DNA of 32,064 bases from Candidatus Woesearchaeota archaeon (GCA_016219835.1 JACRKL010000128.1:1-32064); one strand, 5' to 3'; shown: positions 1 to 8,663, counted from the stretch's first letter. Notes: generated by a model not told the origin, from the letters alone. Numbers and translations: made by a program.

Positions 1-893
1 AGACAAAGAGTTGGAAGAGTAGTGAGAAAGACATGCTCATTCTCGAAATCTTTAGAAAACCACGACAAGGTTATCGGGTTGTTTCTTCAAGAAAGAAACA
101 TGGAGCGTTTATCAGTCAAATGATAACACTTCCTTATTTTTATGCATCTGCTGTAGCAGTTATTGGGATGAGTGCATTTGCCTACAGCCTTTTCCTGAAA
201 ATCAGGATGTTCAAGAATGCGATCTACAAGGTGAGTTCTATCGTGCAGCGCAGTCCGGTATATGAGATCAGCATGGTGCCAGAGCACAAACCGATCTCCT
301 ACACCTCCGGGCAATTCATTTTCGTCCGGTTTTTCAATGAAAAGCTCTCCCGAGAGTCTCATCCATTCTCCATTGCTTCAAAGTCAAATGCTCCACAGCT
401 AACGATTCTTGTAAAACAGCTGGGTGACTTTACCAGTAAACTAGAGCACCTACAAGTTGGTGATAAGGTAGCTATTGAGGGTCCATATGGCAAGTTTAAC
501 TATCAAGCTGCGCAAAGCAGGAATCAAGTCTGGATTGCCGGAGGCATTGGCATTGTGCCTTTTCTCGGCATGACGCAGGATCTTGAAGATGGACTGATGC
601 CTTCATACACTGTTCATCTCTATTATTCGGTGAGCGATGATGCTGATTTTATCGGATTAAACATGCTCAACACTCTTGCCGCCACCGCCAACAATTTCCG
701 TTTTATTCCCTGGAACTCCAAGAGGCAAGGTCGCCTTGATGCAGCAGCCATTTACCAGTTGAGCGGAAGATTTAAGGATCGTGATTTCTTCCTCTGCGGT
801 CCGCCTCCGTTTAAAGATAGCATCGTTACAAGTCTACTCAAGCAGGGTGTTCCGAACAGCAGGATTCACGAGGAGGTGTTTGATTTCCGATGA
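1..893 (+). CDS. NOX/ferric-reductase-like oxidoreductase, FAD/NAD(P)-binding dehydrogenase part (probably 5'-partial)
   Basis: Track ORF 33..893 has no in-frame stop back to base 3, so it probably continues off the left edge. After one TM helix it carries HPFSIAS (FAD-binding HPFS/T motif), GPYG and VWIAGGIGIVPF (nucleotide-binding GxGxxP). These are the FAD_binding_8/NAD_binding_6 signatures of NOX/FRE enzymes. Confidence 0.7.
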   Translation, partial: TKSWKSSEKDMLILEIFRKPRQGYRVVSSRKKHGAFISQMITLPYFYASAVAVIGMSAFAYSLFLKIRMFKNAIYKVSSIVQRSPVYEISMVPEHKPISYTSGQFIFVRFFNEKLSRESHPFSIASKSNAPQLTILVKQLGDFTSKLEHLQVGDKVAIEGPYGKFNYQAAQSRNQVWIAGGIGIVPFLGMTQDLEDGLMPSYTVHLYYSVSDDADFIGLNMLNTLAATANNFRFIPWNSKRQGRLDAAAIYQLSGRFKDRDFFLCGPPPFKDSIVTSLLKQGVPNSRIHEEVFDFR

Positions 894-1228
894 GATTCCT
901 CAAACTCAGGGTAGCCCTAGTGATTGCCTTGGCTCTTTTTGTTCTGATCACCGGCAATATCATAGCCTTTGGTCTTCTTCAGAAATCAAAAGATGTCCAG
1001 CAAACGGTGCCTATCGAACGTGGAACTTTACTCCAAGATCAGAAACCCCTAGCAACCTCTCCTCCGAATGAGACAATAACGCCGCGATCGCTCTCTCCAG
1101 TTCCAACGCCCGTTGTTGTTCAGGAATCGCCTTCTCAGCAGACACAAGTGAGACCATCACCGCCACCTGATCCAACACCGCCTCCACCAGTTATTATCTC
1201 TCACAGCAGAAGAACAAGGGCATCATGA
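890..1228 (+). CDS. small membrane-anchored proline-rich protein (hypothetical)
   Basis: The ATG overlaps the upstream TGA (ATGA at 890-893), suggesting translational coupling. It has an N-terminal TM helix (LRVALVIALALFVLITGNIIAFGLL) followed by a P/T/S-rich tail. No family recognised. Confidence 0.45.
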   Translation: MRFLKLRVALVIALALFVLITGNIIAFGLLQKSKDVQQTVPIERGTLLQDQKPLATSPPNETITPRSLSPVPTPVVVQESPSQQTQVRPSPPPDPTPPPPVIISHSRRTRAS

Positions 1229-1272
1229 AGACAGGAGGAAGAATTTAGACGGTTGTTGCGCAAAACTCAAAA

Positions 1273-2226
1273 CTATTTCGAGAGTAACTCGTGATATTTC
1301 TCTCCGGATGCATCCTGCGGGTCAATGTGGATCGTCACACCAGAAAGATAGTGCAGGTGGTCGAGTAATCTCTTTCTGAGAGCCATACTAATGGTATGCG
1401 CTTTCTCGACAGAAATCTTTGGTGCAACTGCAATGTTGATTTCAGCATGCATCCTATGCCCGAGCCAACGTACCCTGACTTCGCTGACGTCTTTCACCTG
1501 CGGAGTTTTGCTGGCAATTTCTCTAATGTCCTCTACAACTTCAGGATCAATGCCATCAAGTATTCTGGTGAAGACCTCTTTTCCGGAGTCCCAGAGAATT
1601 TTAAGGATAGCAAGGGTGATCAGGATACCAATCAGAGGATCAGCGAGCGGAAAACCGAGCCATACTCCGATTGCTCCACCAAGCACGGCAAGGCTCGTGA
1701 ATCCATCTGCCCGTGCATGATAACCGTCGGCGATGAGCGCGCCGCTTCCAATCTTCTTGCCTACCTTGATCCTGAACCACGCTACTGCCTCATTGCCAGC
1801 AAAACCAATGATGGATGCGATGACCACAATCCACAGATGCTGCACGGGTTGAGGATGCACCAAACGGTTGACGCTTTCATAGGCAATGATCACTGCACTG
1901 ATCAGAATAACGGCAAGCACCACAAGCCCTGCAAGATCTTCGACTCTTCCAAATCCATAAGTAAATCGCTTGCTTGGCTTCTTTTTTCCAAACCTGAAGG
2001 CAATCGCCAGCGGCAATGCAGTGATCGCATCACCCAGATTGTGAATTGTATCGGCAAGCAGAGCGACACTTCCGGTGACGAAGACGAGCAGAAGCTGGAA
2101 AATGGCTGTGGCAAGCATGGCAAGAAATGACCATTTGACCGCCCACATGCCACGATCGATGAGTGCATGATCAGTGTGTGATTCTCTGGAATGATCCTGA
2201 TGAGTGTGTATATGACCAAATCCCAT
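1273..2226 (-). CDS. cation diffusion facilitator (CDF) family metal transporter
   Basis: His-rich N-terminus MGFGHIHTHQDHSRESHTDH and a six-TM core with LLADTIHNLGD and DGYHARADG motifs, plus a cytoplasmic C-terminal domain. The start is trimmed to ATG 2226 (M27 of the track ORF) because a TATA-like box lies 24-34 nt upstream. Confidence 0.85.
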   Translation of the reverse strand: MGFGHIHTHQDHSRESHTDHALIDRGMWAVKWSFLAMLATAIFQLLLVFVTGSVALLADTIHNLGDAITALPLAIAFRFGKKKPSKRFTYGFGRVEDLAGLVVLAVILISAVIIAYESVNRLVHPQPVQHLWIVVIASIIGFAGNEAVAWFRIKVGKKIGSGALIADGYHARADGFTSLAVLGGAIGVWLGFPLADPLIGILITLAILKILWDSGKEVFTRILDGIDPEVVEDIREIASKTPQVKDVSEVRVRWLGHRMHAEINIAVAPKISVEKAHTISMALRKRLLDHLHYLSGVTIHIDPQDASGEKYHELLSK

Positions 2227-2249
2227 GACAACCTCGAGACAGCTCCCGG

Positions 2250-2260
2250 TTAAATATATT
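2250..2260 (-). promoter_or_regulatory. TATA-like box for the CDF transporter gene
   Basis: TTAAATATATT lies 24-34 nt upstream of ATG 2226. The same spacing recurs at many genes in this window. Confidence 0.4.
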
Positions 2261-2485
2261 TCGCTTTGTGAAGCCGACCGAGGGCTCTCCCGCGACCTAA
2301 ACATTCAGTCTCTTTGAGTTGAAGGGTTTGGAAATAGCATTTCCAAAAGATCGGGGTACGCAAAAGCAGGAGCTTTTGGTATCACGCTCATGCTTCGGTG
2401 ACTTCGCCATCTCGGTCGGCAGACTTGGGAACGGCTTCATCCCAGCACTAAAGGATTGGGCTTTCGCACTCGTTCCCAAGTAAGT

Positions 2486-2695
2486 TCACTTCTTCTTCAC
2501 AAACCTTGGCACTGCTTTCCCGTCTACTACGACCAAATCAAGAAACTCCTTTTTCGGTCGGACGTAGAGGCGTTGATCATCTAATGCACGATACACAACA
2601 ACTTCTTCCTTCGTTTCGGTGTACTGTGCTGTTCCGATCACGTCATACTCTTTGCCCTTGTAATGATGGTAGATACCTGGTTGGATGTTGTTCAT
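2486..2695 (-). CDS. DUF1653 domain protein
   Basis: 69 aa. IYHHYKGKEYDVIGTAQYTETKEEVVVYRAL...YVRP...F matches the DUF1653 pattern (YxHYKG..Y.V.g.a.hsEt.e..VvYral...wvRP) as I remember it. Confidence 0.7.
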   Translation of the reverse strand: MNNIQPGIYHHYKGKEYDVIGTAQYTETKEEVVVYRALDDQRLYVRPKKEFLDLVVVDGKAVPRFVKKK

Positions 2696-2721
2696 GAGAT
2701 CACCTTTGGTTTTTTCTTATC

Positions 2722-3516
2722 ATGAAGGAGGGGATTTTTAAAGATGACGCTCTTTTGGTCAACCATGAAAAAGATTATAATCTCTTTTGGATTCTTTCTC
2801 TTATGATTGGTCATCATGATTTCCTAACGGATCAGGAATTTGTAGACTTGATAGTTCGGCTTCACCCAGATCTTAGAGCACTCAGAGATACAATTCTGAG
2901 TTATGAAGATTGTACGGTAAAACCTGGATCGTTTCACGATTACAATGCCTATTTTCATAGGGAGATCATCCCTCTCTTTCAACGGCATCATTTTCCATTA
3001 GCATCTTTTTCTAAGGTAGGCGTTGCAGTAAAACCATTAAACCAAGGTGCATCCGTGAGCTACGTTCTTGAGCAAGGTCGTTATGAAATAACACTTGGCT
3101 TCCCATATGTCGGTGGAACCAACGATATCCTCATCGCAGGACTCGTACATGAAGCAGCACACGTGCATCAAGCTGAAGGAACCAGAGATCCAAGAGCTTT
3201 TCTCAAGTTTAAAGGATATGACATGCATATCGAAGGTTCGGCAAATCTTCTCATTTGGAGCATCGCTCAAGAGCATGCAAACGGTTATTTTTGTAGAGTA
3301 CAAGACGAGTTGGCAAAAATGCCTGAGGAGGTATTCAGCAATCCTGCAGCCTATCTGTCCATGCTTGAGTTAGTGCTTCAAGATGTTAGTCGGTTCCCGA
3401 ATGCTCGATCTCTCGTAGGATCTTTAACGCTCATCGATATCTATCAGAGAAACGGCAGCAGTATCATCAAAGCGATGGCAGAGCACCGCATGAAACAGTA
3501 TCTCCAGTCTCTCTAA
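2722..3516 (+). CDS. hypothetical protein with HExxH motif (possible Zn metallopeptidase)
   Basis: 264-aa ORF with no competing ORF. It contains LVHEAAHVHQ (HExxH). No family recognised. Confidence 0.5.
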   Translation: MKEGIFKDDALLVNHEKDYNLFWILSLMIGHHDFLTDQEFVDLIVRLHPDLRALRDTILSYEDCTVKPGSFHDYNAYFHREIIPLFQRHHFPLASFSKVGVAVKPLNQGASVSYVLEQGRYEITLGFPYVGGTNDILIAGLVHEAAHVHQAEGTRDPRAFLKFKGYDMHIEGSANLLIWSIAQEHANGYFCRVQDELAKMPEEVFSNPAAYLSMLELVLQDVSRFPNARSLVGSLTLIDIYQRNGSSIIKAMAEHRMKQYLQSL

Positions 3517-3525
3517 ACTGCATGG

Positions 3526-4737
3526 CTATCCAAACGGATTTCCCAGATATCCAACGATCAGCCCAAAGGCAATCAAGAAGAGGCAGAGCATCCCAATAAA
3601 CACCCAGACCTTTCTTGCCTTGTTCTCGTCGCCAATGCTGGAATGCAGCAGGGTTTCCATGATCCTCCCGCCGTCGACAAATCCTAATGGAAGGAGGTTT
3701 GCAAGACCAATAAAAAAGTTCAGCAGATAGAGCCATCGTAAAAAGCCGCGGAGCCAATAGTAGAACGGGGCATACGGTTCCATGCCTGGCTTGATCTTGC
3801 GTTCATGCTTCAGCTGCGTTATGCCAAGAAATCCTTTAGCAGCATTACTTGGATTTGGAACGGTGGTAAGATGGTACGTTGCATTTGCTGTCGAGAGATT
3901 TAACGTTGTTCCTGGTTCAACACAGGAAAGGCGGGTTAAGAAAGCATCCGCATTCTTCATGGGTTCGCCGTTGACCTTGCTGACAACTTCGCCGCCTTTG
4001 AATCCTGCTTGAGCTGCAGGCAGCGAGTCATTGAGCAGAGCAAACGAAAATCCAACGGGCTCGCTGATCGAGTTTTCAAATGGTGCAGGTGTGTTATCAG
4101 TGAGATCGGCAACATACGGAAAAGCAAGCAAGAGCAGCACAGCCAATGCAATGTTAATCATAGGTCCAACGGCAAAAACGCTGTATTTGACAACTTCATT
4201 TTTCTTTTTGAGATGCTCTTCATCCGGTTCGACAAATGCCAATGGGATGAGGGGAGCAAAAAGACACATCACGCCAAAGCCGCTTGATTTAACGGGAACT
4301 CCATGAGCTCTTGCGACAATGCCATGGGCAAATTCATGAATAACTGCAAGAATGAAAATGCAGAGGATCCAGTCTACAAAGGGGAGATAGCCAATGCCTG
4401 GGATGTTCGTAAACGGAAGGACTAATGCAACGCCTGGCGTATTTTGCTGAGGGTGGGCAACATATTGGTATCCTGTCCACAGTAGAGAGAAAGAAACAAC
4501 AAGCATGCCTATAAAAGAAAACCCTATGCAGGCATATCCTAAGTTTTTCACGAGCCCATTGTATTTCTTTGCCCATCGATCCATCAGGTTGAGACCAAAC
4601 TTCGTACGATAGAGAATCAAGTAGAGCAGGGGAAATGCAATCTTCTCGAGTGAAAGCTTTTTTCGGTTAAGAAACAACACCAGCGAAAGCAGCACAACAA
4701 AGGCAATGAGGAGGTAGACCTCCAGTGAGATTGCCAT
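3526..4737 (-). CDS. site-2 protease, peptidase M50 family, with PDZ-like insert
   Basis: HEFAHGIVARAHG (HExxH in a TM helix) and NLLPLGFVDGGRI (second M50 metal-ligand motif). Multiple TM helices. PDZ-like segment AAQAGFKGGEVVSKVNGEPM. Confidence 0.85.
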   Translation of the reverse strand: MAISLEVYLLIAFVVLLSLVLFLNRKKLSLEKIAFPLLYLILYRTKFGLNLMDRWAKKYNGLVKNLGYACIGFSFIGMLVVSFSLLWTGYQYVAHPQQNTPGVALVLPFTNIPGIGYLPFVDWILCIFILAVIHEFAHGIVARAHGVPVKSSGFGVMCLFAPLIPLAFVEPDEEHLKKKNEVVKYSVFAVGPMINIALAVLLLLAFPYVADLTDNTPAPFENSISEPVGFSFALLNDSLPAAQAGFKGGEVVSKVNGEPMKNADAFLTRLSCVEPGTTLNLSTANATYHLTTVPNPSNAAKGFLGITQLKHERKIKPGMEPYAPFYYWLRGFLRWLYLLNFFIGLANLLPLGFVDGGRIMETLLHSSIGDENKARKVWVFIGMLCLFLIAFGLIVGYLGNPFG

Positions 4738-4744
4738 GGTGTTT

Positions 4745-4906
4745 TTACTTCTTGCGCACCGGCTTCAGCGCTTTGCTGTTACATTTTTGGCAGCTTACTT
4801 TGCCAGCGAGTACTTTCATATTCGGAGAACGTACGGTTGATTTGCAACGCTTACAGACAAACTTGTTCTGGAACAAGCGCACTTGAGCTTCGGGAAATCG
4901 TGTCAT
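4745..4906 (-). CDS. rpl40e: 50S ribosomal protein L40e
   Basis: A 53-codon ORF below the track cut-off, translated by hand: MTRFPEAQVRLFQNKFVCKRCKSTVRSPNMKVLAGKVSCQKCNSKALKPVRKK. It has a CxxC...CxxC zinc ribbon and the RFPEA start typical of archaeal L40e. It fills the gap between aIF5A and the S2P gene. Confidence 0.85.
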   Translation of the reverse strand: MTRFPEAQVRLFQNKFVCKRCKSTVRSPNMKVLAGKVSCQKCNSKALKPVRKK

Positions 4907-4919
4907 GGGGTCCTCGTGT

Positions 4920-5318
4920 TTATTCTGTCTTAATCTGTTTCATCACTTTGTCATTCAGGATGATCCAGTAGAGTATGTTGCTTCCTTCTTTGATCTCTGC
5001 TTTCAACTCTTCAGCAATCTTCATATCGAAGGTTTCAAAGGTCTCAGCATCCATCACATTTGCAGTATCACCGGTTATAGAGAGTACTTGCGCAGTTCTT
5101 TTGTCAATGACCGGTACATCCATGCTTTCGTCGCCAGGCACGACAATAACCCGCTTTTTGTCATCAATCAAGCCGACTGCAGATAATCGGCATTTAGAAT
5201 GCCCGTGCTTTCCTGGTTTTGAAATCTGGGTATCAACCACTTTGCACGCAACACCTTCGATGATGACGAAGTTGCCTTTCTGCAGACCGCCTGCTCTGGT
5301 TTGTTTGACATCTGCCAT
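4920..5318 (-). CDS. eif5a: translation initiation factor 5A (aIF5A)
   Basis: MADVKQTRAGGLQKGNFVIIEG...ISKPGKHGHSK (hypusine lysine loop) followed by a C-terminal OB domain. The start is trimmed to ATG 5318 (M32 of the track ORF). A TATA box lies 22-31 nt upstream. Confidence 0.9.
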   Translation of the reverse strand: MADVKQTRAGGLQKGNFVIIEGVACKVVDTQISKPGKHGHSKCRLSAVGLIDDKKRVIVVPGDESMDVPVIDKRTAQVLSITGDTANVMDAETFETFDMKIAEELKAEIKEGSNILYWIILNDKVMKQIKTE

Positions 5319-5339
5319 ACCACTTCGGGAAAAGCGGAG

Positions 5340-5349
5340 ATTTATAAAT
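5340..5349 (-). promoter_or_regulatory. TATA box of the aIF5A-L40e-S2P operon
   Basis: ATTTATAAAT lies 22-31 nt upstream of ATG 5318. Confidence 0.45.
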
Positions 5350-5413
5350 GTTACGGGGAGACGATGTCGATTCCAACAAAAAGCATATAATCTCTGACTC
5401 CGATAACTCACCT

Positions 5414-5686
5414 ATGCCTCCAAAATCTGTGAATCATCAGATCATGGTACTCCTTGCCCTCTCTCTCGTTGGCATCTTCCTACTCGGCAATGGCATCACC
5501 GGGTTCTTGATCATCAGCCAGAGCTGCTGCTTTCCCCCTCATTGCGATGCAGAAAACCTGTGCGATGCAGCTAAAATCGTAAGCTCAACGGAAGGAAGGC
5601 GACATGCCATCTTTTTGTCGTTAGGAGCATTCATGATCGCTGGATCATTGCTTAGCGTGCTGAAGATGCAGAAGATGACGAAGTAG
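5414..5686 (+). CDS. small two-TM membrane protein with Cys-rich loop (hypothetical)
   Basis: ATG 5414 is preceded by CATATAAT at 5384-5391. It has two hydrophobic helices flanking SQSCCFPPHCDAENLC. No family recognised. Confidence 0.4.
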   Translation: MPPKSVNHQIMVLLALSLVGIFLLGNGITGFLIISQSCCFPPHCDAENLCDAAKIVSSTEGRRHAIFLSLGAFMIAGSLLSVLKMQKMTK

Positions 5687-6033
5687 CCATTTCTCAATGA
5701 CCTCTTTACCGCTGATGGAATAACAGCTCATGCGTTTTTAGACGTTAAACTTGGAACTGATAAATTGAGCACCCTGGTGCAGTTCTACCAGATACTGATA
5801 CCTCCCGAAGAGGGCAGAATTTAGATCTCTAACTCTTATTTTATAGTTTAGTCTTGGTATTGAGTCTACATCTGGTAATAGAATCCCGAATTTAGACACT
5901 CTACTGAAAATGCCGAGAGGCATAGTTTTCGACTCAGCTTTTGATAACTGCAATCCGATTTGCAGTCAACGTATCTATTTATATAAGTCTATCTCTTTCT
6001 TCATCTGAGAGAACAAAAGATGGAGATGCACCC

Positions 6034-6450
6034 ATGAATAAATCATTACCTGTTATGATATCTGTTGTTGTCACGCTTGTTGTGCTTTCTCTTCTGCTGA
6101 TCGGTAATACTTATGCAAAGTCTACTCCGATTAAGGTATGCACGAAGGAAGCAAAAATCTGTCCTACTCAATCCACCAAAGAAGGGTGTGAAGCAGCTGG
6201 TGGATTCTGGGTAGTTCTGGGAGATCCAAAGGGATCCACTTTCTGTAGCCTTCCAACAGCTGATGGAGGGAAGAAATGCAAGAGTAACGCAGCATGTCAA
6301 TCCGGATGCATGCCGGTCTATGACTATAATACTTCTGACCAAAGCAGACATTACAGAGGTTATGGCATCTGCAATAACTTCTCAAGAAGTACCTGCTTTG
6401 CAGAATGGGGAAAAGACAGCTCTGTTGAACCTCTCGTAGCTTGCTATTAA
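6034..6450 (+). CDS. secreted/anchored cysteine-rich small protein (hypothetical)
   Basis: ATG 6034 with GGAG 8 nt upstream and TATTTATATAAG at 5976-5987. It has an N-terminal signal/anchor (LPVMISVVVTLVVLSLLLIG) and 10 Cys in the mature part. Confidence 0.55.
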   Translation: MNKSLPVMISVVVTLVVLSLLLIGNTYAKSTPIKVCTKEAKICPTQSTKEGCEAAGGFWVVLGDPKGSTFCSLPTADGGKKCKSNAACQSGCMPVYDYNTSDQSRHYRGYGICNNFSRSTCFAEWGKDSSVEPLVACY

Positions 6451-6506
6451 TCCGAAATCAAGGGTCTACGTCTTTACGATCAGATATTTAGACCCATTAA
6501 TCTAGT

Positions 6507-8102
6507 CTACACCATCCCTAACCGTTCCATCATCTTTGCTTTGTCGAATGGCTCAAGATCGTCATAATTCTGTCCAGTCCCCAGATATAAGATTGGCTTG
6601 CCTGACACATAAGAAAGAGAAACTGCAGCTCCTCCTTTCTCGTCCAGATCCGCTTTGCTCAGAATAACGCCATCAATATTCACATAGGATCCAAAGATCT
6701 TGACTTGCTCCACACAGTCATTGCCCGTGATGCTTTCTCCAACAAATAAAATCAAATCAGGCTTTGCAACCCGAACCACTTTCTTCAGCTCTTCCATCAG
6801 GTTTTCGTTGCTGTGCAATCTCCCTGCTGTATCAATCAGGACCGCATCAACGCCCCTTGCTCTGGCATGGGCTATAGCATCAAAGGCAACGGCAGCAGGA
6901 TCAGAGCCGTATTGATGCTTTATGAGCTTGATATGCAGATTATCAGCATGGGTTTGCAGCTGCTCCAACGCAGCAGCTCTAAAGGTGTCAGCAGCAGCGA
7001 TCACGCAAGTGAGCTTCTCATCCTGAAGCCGCTTTGCAACCTTTGCAATCGTTGTCGTTTTGCCAGTCCCGTTCACACCCATGAACACAATAACGGTCGG
7101 CTTCTCTTTCTGTTGCCGGATTCTATCTGCAATTTCAAAGGTAGAAAATGAAAACAGCCCATCAATGCTGTGGGTCAATGCTTGCTGAATGATCTCTTCA
7201 ATTTTCCCTCTAGAGAGTGGCTTGCCAACAACGTCTTGCTTGAGATCCGCCTTGATCTTCTCAATCACTTCAACGGCAACATTGCTTTCCAGCAACGCAA
7301 CCTCCAATTCCCAGAACAGCTCGTCAAACTGCTCTTCAGAAATGATTTTCTTAGTAATGGTTTCCTTGAGCTTTGCAAAAAATCCTTTTTTCTCCGACTC
7401 GGATGGTGGTGCTGGAGATGGTTGAGTAAAGACAATATCCTCTTTGTCTTCATGAGGCTTGGGAACTGCTTGGTGTTCAGGTTTCTGGATCTCTGCGTGC
7501 CTGTGCTCTTTCTTCTCATCTGGAACGAATATTTCTTTCTCTTTTATTTTCTCGATGTCTGGCTCAAACCCTCCGGATGCAGGATTAAACGTTAATGGTG
7601 CTTCTTCAAAGATCATTTCTTTCCGCTGAGAACCTTGTTCTTTCGGTTTATACTCTGGCTCTTTGCTCTCTGTTCTTGGAGACTTCTGCTCTTTGATTTT
7701 TTCGGCAGGATGCACTATCTTCTTGACTGGCTTTGCTTCCTGTTCTTCTTTCTCCGTTGCGGGCTTTTTCTCTTTCTTCTTCGCTTCCGGTTTCTCAGTT
7801 TTTTCGTGCTGCTTTTTTAGTTGCAGTTTCTCCTCTTTAGCTGATTCGTTCTTCTGCTCAACGATTTTTGGTCGTGCTTCTTCTTCCCTCTTTTGCTCTT
7901 CTTTTTTCCCTGTAAACGTCTCTTTGAGCTTTGCAAAAAAACTTTTCTTTTCTTCCCTCTTTTCAGGAGTTGGCTCTATCTGCGGCGATGGAGTAATCTC
8001 TTCCTTGTCTTGTTCAACATCTACTTCTTTCGCAGTCTCCTCTGCGCTCTTCGAGAACTTCTGCAATGCTCCCTTTAACTTGTCTTTCAGAAAGCCAAAC
8101 AT
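6507..8102 (-). CDS. ftsY: signal recognition particle receptor FtsY with about 235-aa K/E-rich N-terminal extension
   Basis: C-terminal NG domain with GVNGTGKTTTIAK (G1), DTAGR (G3) and SKADLD (G4). The start lies 3 nt after the pfdA stop. Confidence 0.9.
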   Translation of the reverse strand: MFGFLKDKLKGALQKFSKSAEETAKEVDVEQDKEEITPSPQIEPTPEKREEKKSFFAKLKETFTGKKEEQKREEEARPKIVEQKNESAKEEKLQLKKQHEKTEKPEAKKKEKKPATEKEEQEAKPVKKIVHPAEKIKEQKSPRTESKEPEYKPKEQGSQRKEMIFEEAPLTFNPASGGFEPDIEKIKEKEIFVPDEKKEHRHAEIQKPEHQAVPKPHEDKEDIVFTQPSPAPPSESEKKGFFAKLKETITKKIISEEQFDELFWELEVALLESNVAVEVIEKIKADLKQDVVGKPLSRGKIEEIIQQALTHSIDGLFSFSTFEIADRIRQQKEKPTVIVFMGVNGTGKTTTIAKVAKRLQDEKLTCVIAAADTFRAAALEQLQTHADNLHIKLIKHQYGSDPAAVAFDAIAHARARGVDAVLIDTAGRLHSNENLMEELKKVVRVAKPDLILFVGESITGNDCVEQVKIFGSYVNIDGVILSKADLDEKGGAAVSLSYVSGKPILYLGTGQNYDDLEPFDKAKMMERLGMV

Positions 8103-8105
8103 GGT

Positions 8106-8579
8106 TTATGCAATGAGCTTGGTTAGCTCCTGCTCCAGTTTTTTGACATGATGTGCCATTGCATCCAGCTGCTGCTCGAACTGCTTTTGGTAATGGCTGA
8201 GGTGGTGAATTTGCTGTTCGATCATCTGCTTTGCTTCATCAACGGTTTTCTCAACAACAATATTTGCTCCGACGTTTACGGCAACCTTCTGCTCTTGCAT
8301 CAAGCTTGCTTTTGCAAAAATGCCGTTGGAAACGGGTATCAAAACTTCGCTGCCATCGGCTGCTGCACTGAAACTATCGAGTACCATAACCGTGTTCATC
8401 GCTTCCTGCAACTGCTGCACTAACGTTTGCAGCTGTTCTTCTATTGCTTTCTTCTGCTGCTCGAACATTTGGTATTCCATGTACTTCTCTTGGAGGAGTT
8501 GCTTCTGCGCTTCAACGTCGTTCTGCTTGGTATTGCTGACTGGTGCGTTGTTTACGTTTTCTTTCTGATGATGGTTCAT
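8106..8579 (-). CDS. pfdA: prefoldin alpha subunit
   Basis: Architecture is coiled coil, beta-hairpin (EVLIPVSNGIFAKASL...VAVNVGANIVVEK), coiled coil. It sits in the canonical archaeal position immediately upstream of ftsY. Confidence 0.8.
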   Translation of the reverse strand: MNHHQKENVNNAPVSNTKQNDVEAQKQLLQEKYMEYQMFEQQKKAIEEQLQTLVQQLQEAMNTVMVLDSFSAAADGSEVLIPVSNGIFAKASLMQEQKVAVNVGANIVVEKTVDEAKQMIEQQIHHLSHYQKQFEQQLDAMAHHVKKLEQELTKLIA

Positions 8580-8600
8580 AGTCCACAGAAAAGGATCGTT

Positions 8601-8610
8601 GTATATAAAG
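8601..8610 (-). promoter_or_regulatory. TATA-like box for pfdA-ftsY
   Basis: Minus-strand CTTTATATAC lies 22-31 nt upstream of ATG 8579. Confidence 0.4.
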
Positions 8611-8663
8611 GTAGTGGAGTTTCTAAGCCTTGCGTTTGATCAGAATATCGAGCTTTCCATCAC

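Noticed and set aside
1396-2130. 244-aa plus-strand ORF (with others at 1391..1720 and 1902..2231) overlapping the CDF transporter gene
   Set aside because: It lies antisense or out of frame inside a gene with clear CDF motifs. The translation has no recognisable features.
2297-2479. 60-aa minus-strand ORF in the CDF/DUF1653 spacer
   Set aside because: It has no promoter-like box and its sequence is not protein-like. The region is better explained by inverted repeats.
5738-5953. 71-aa minus-strand ORF in the 347-nt spacer, plus the direct repeat GAATTTAGA..CTCT at 5817-5830 and 5888-5902
   Set aside because: The ORF starts with TTG and has no recognisable features or promoter. The repeat is only 9 identical nt in AT-rich sequence, which is too weak to call.
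7170-8151. Several plus-strand ORFs (7170..7595, 7635..7820, 7663..8151, 7893..8078) rich in F/L/S/C
   Set aside because: They are antisense reads of the K/E-rich low-complexity part of ftsY. Such regions stay open on the opposite strand by composition alone.
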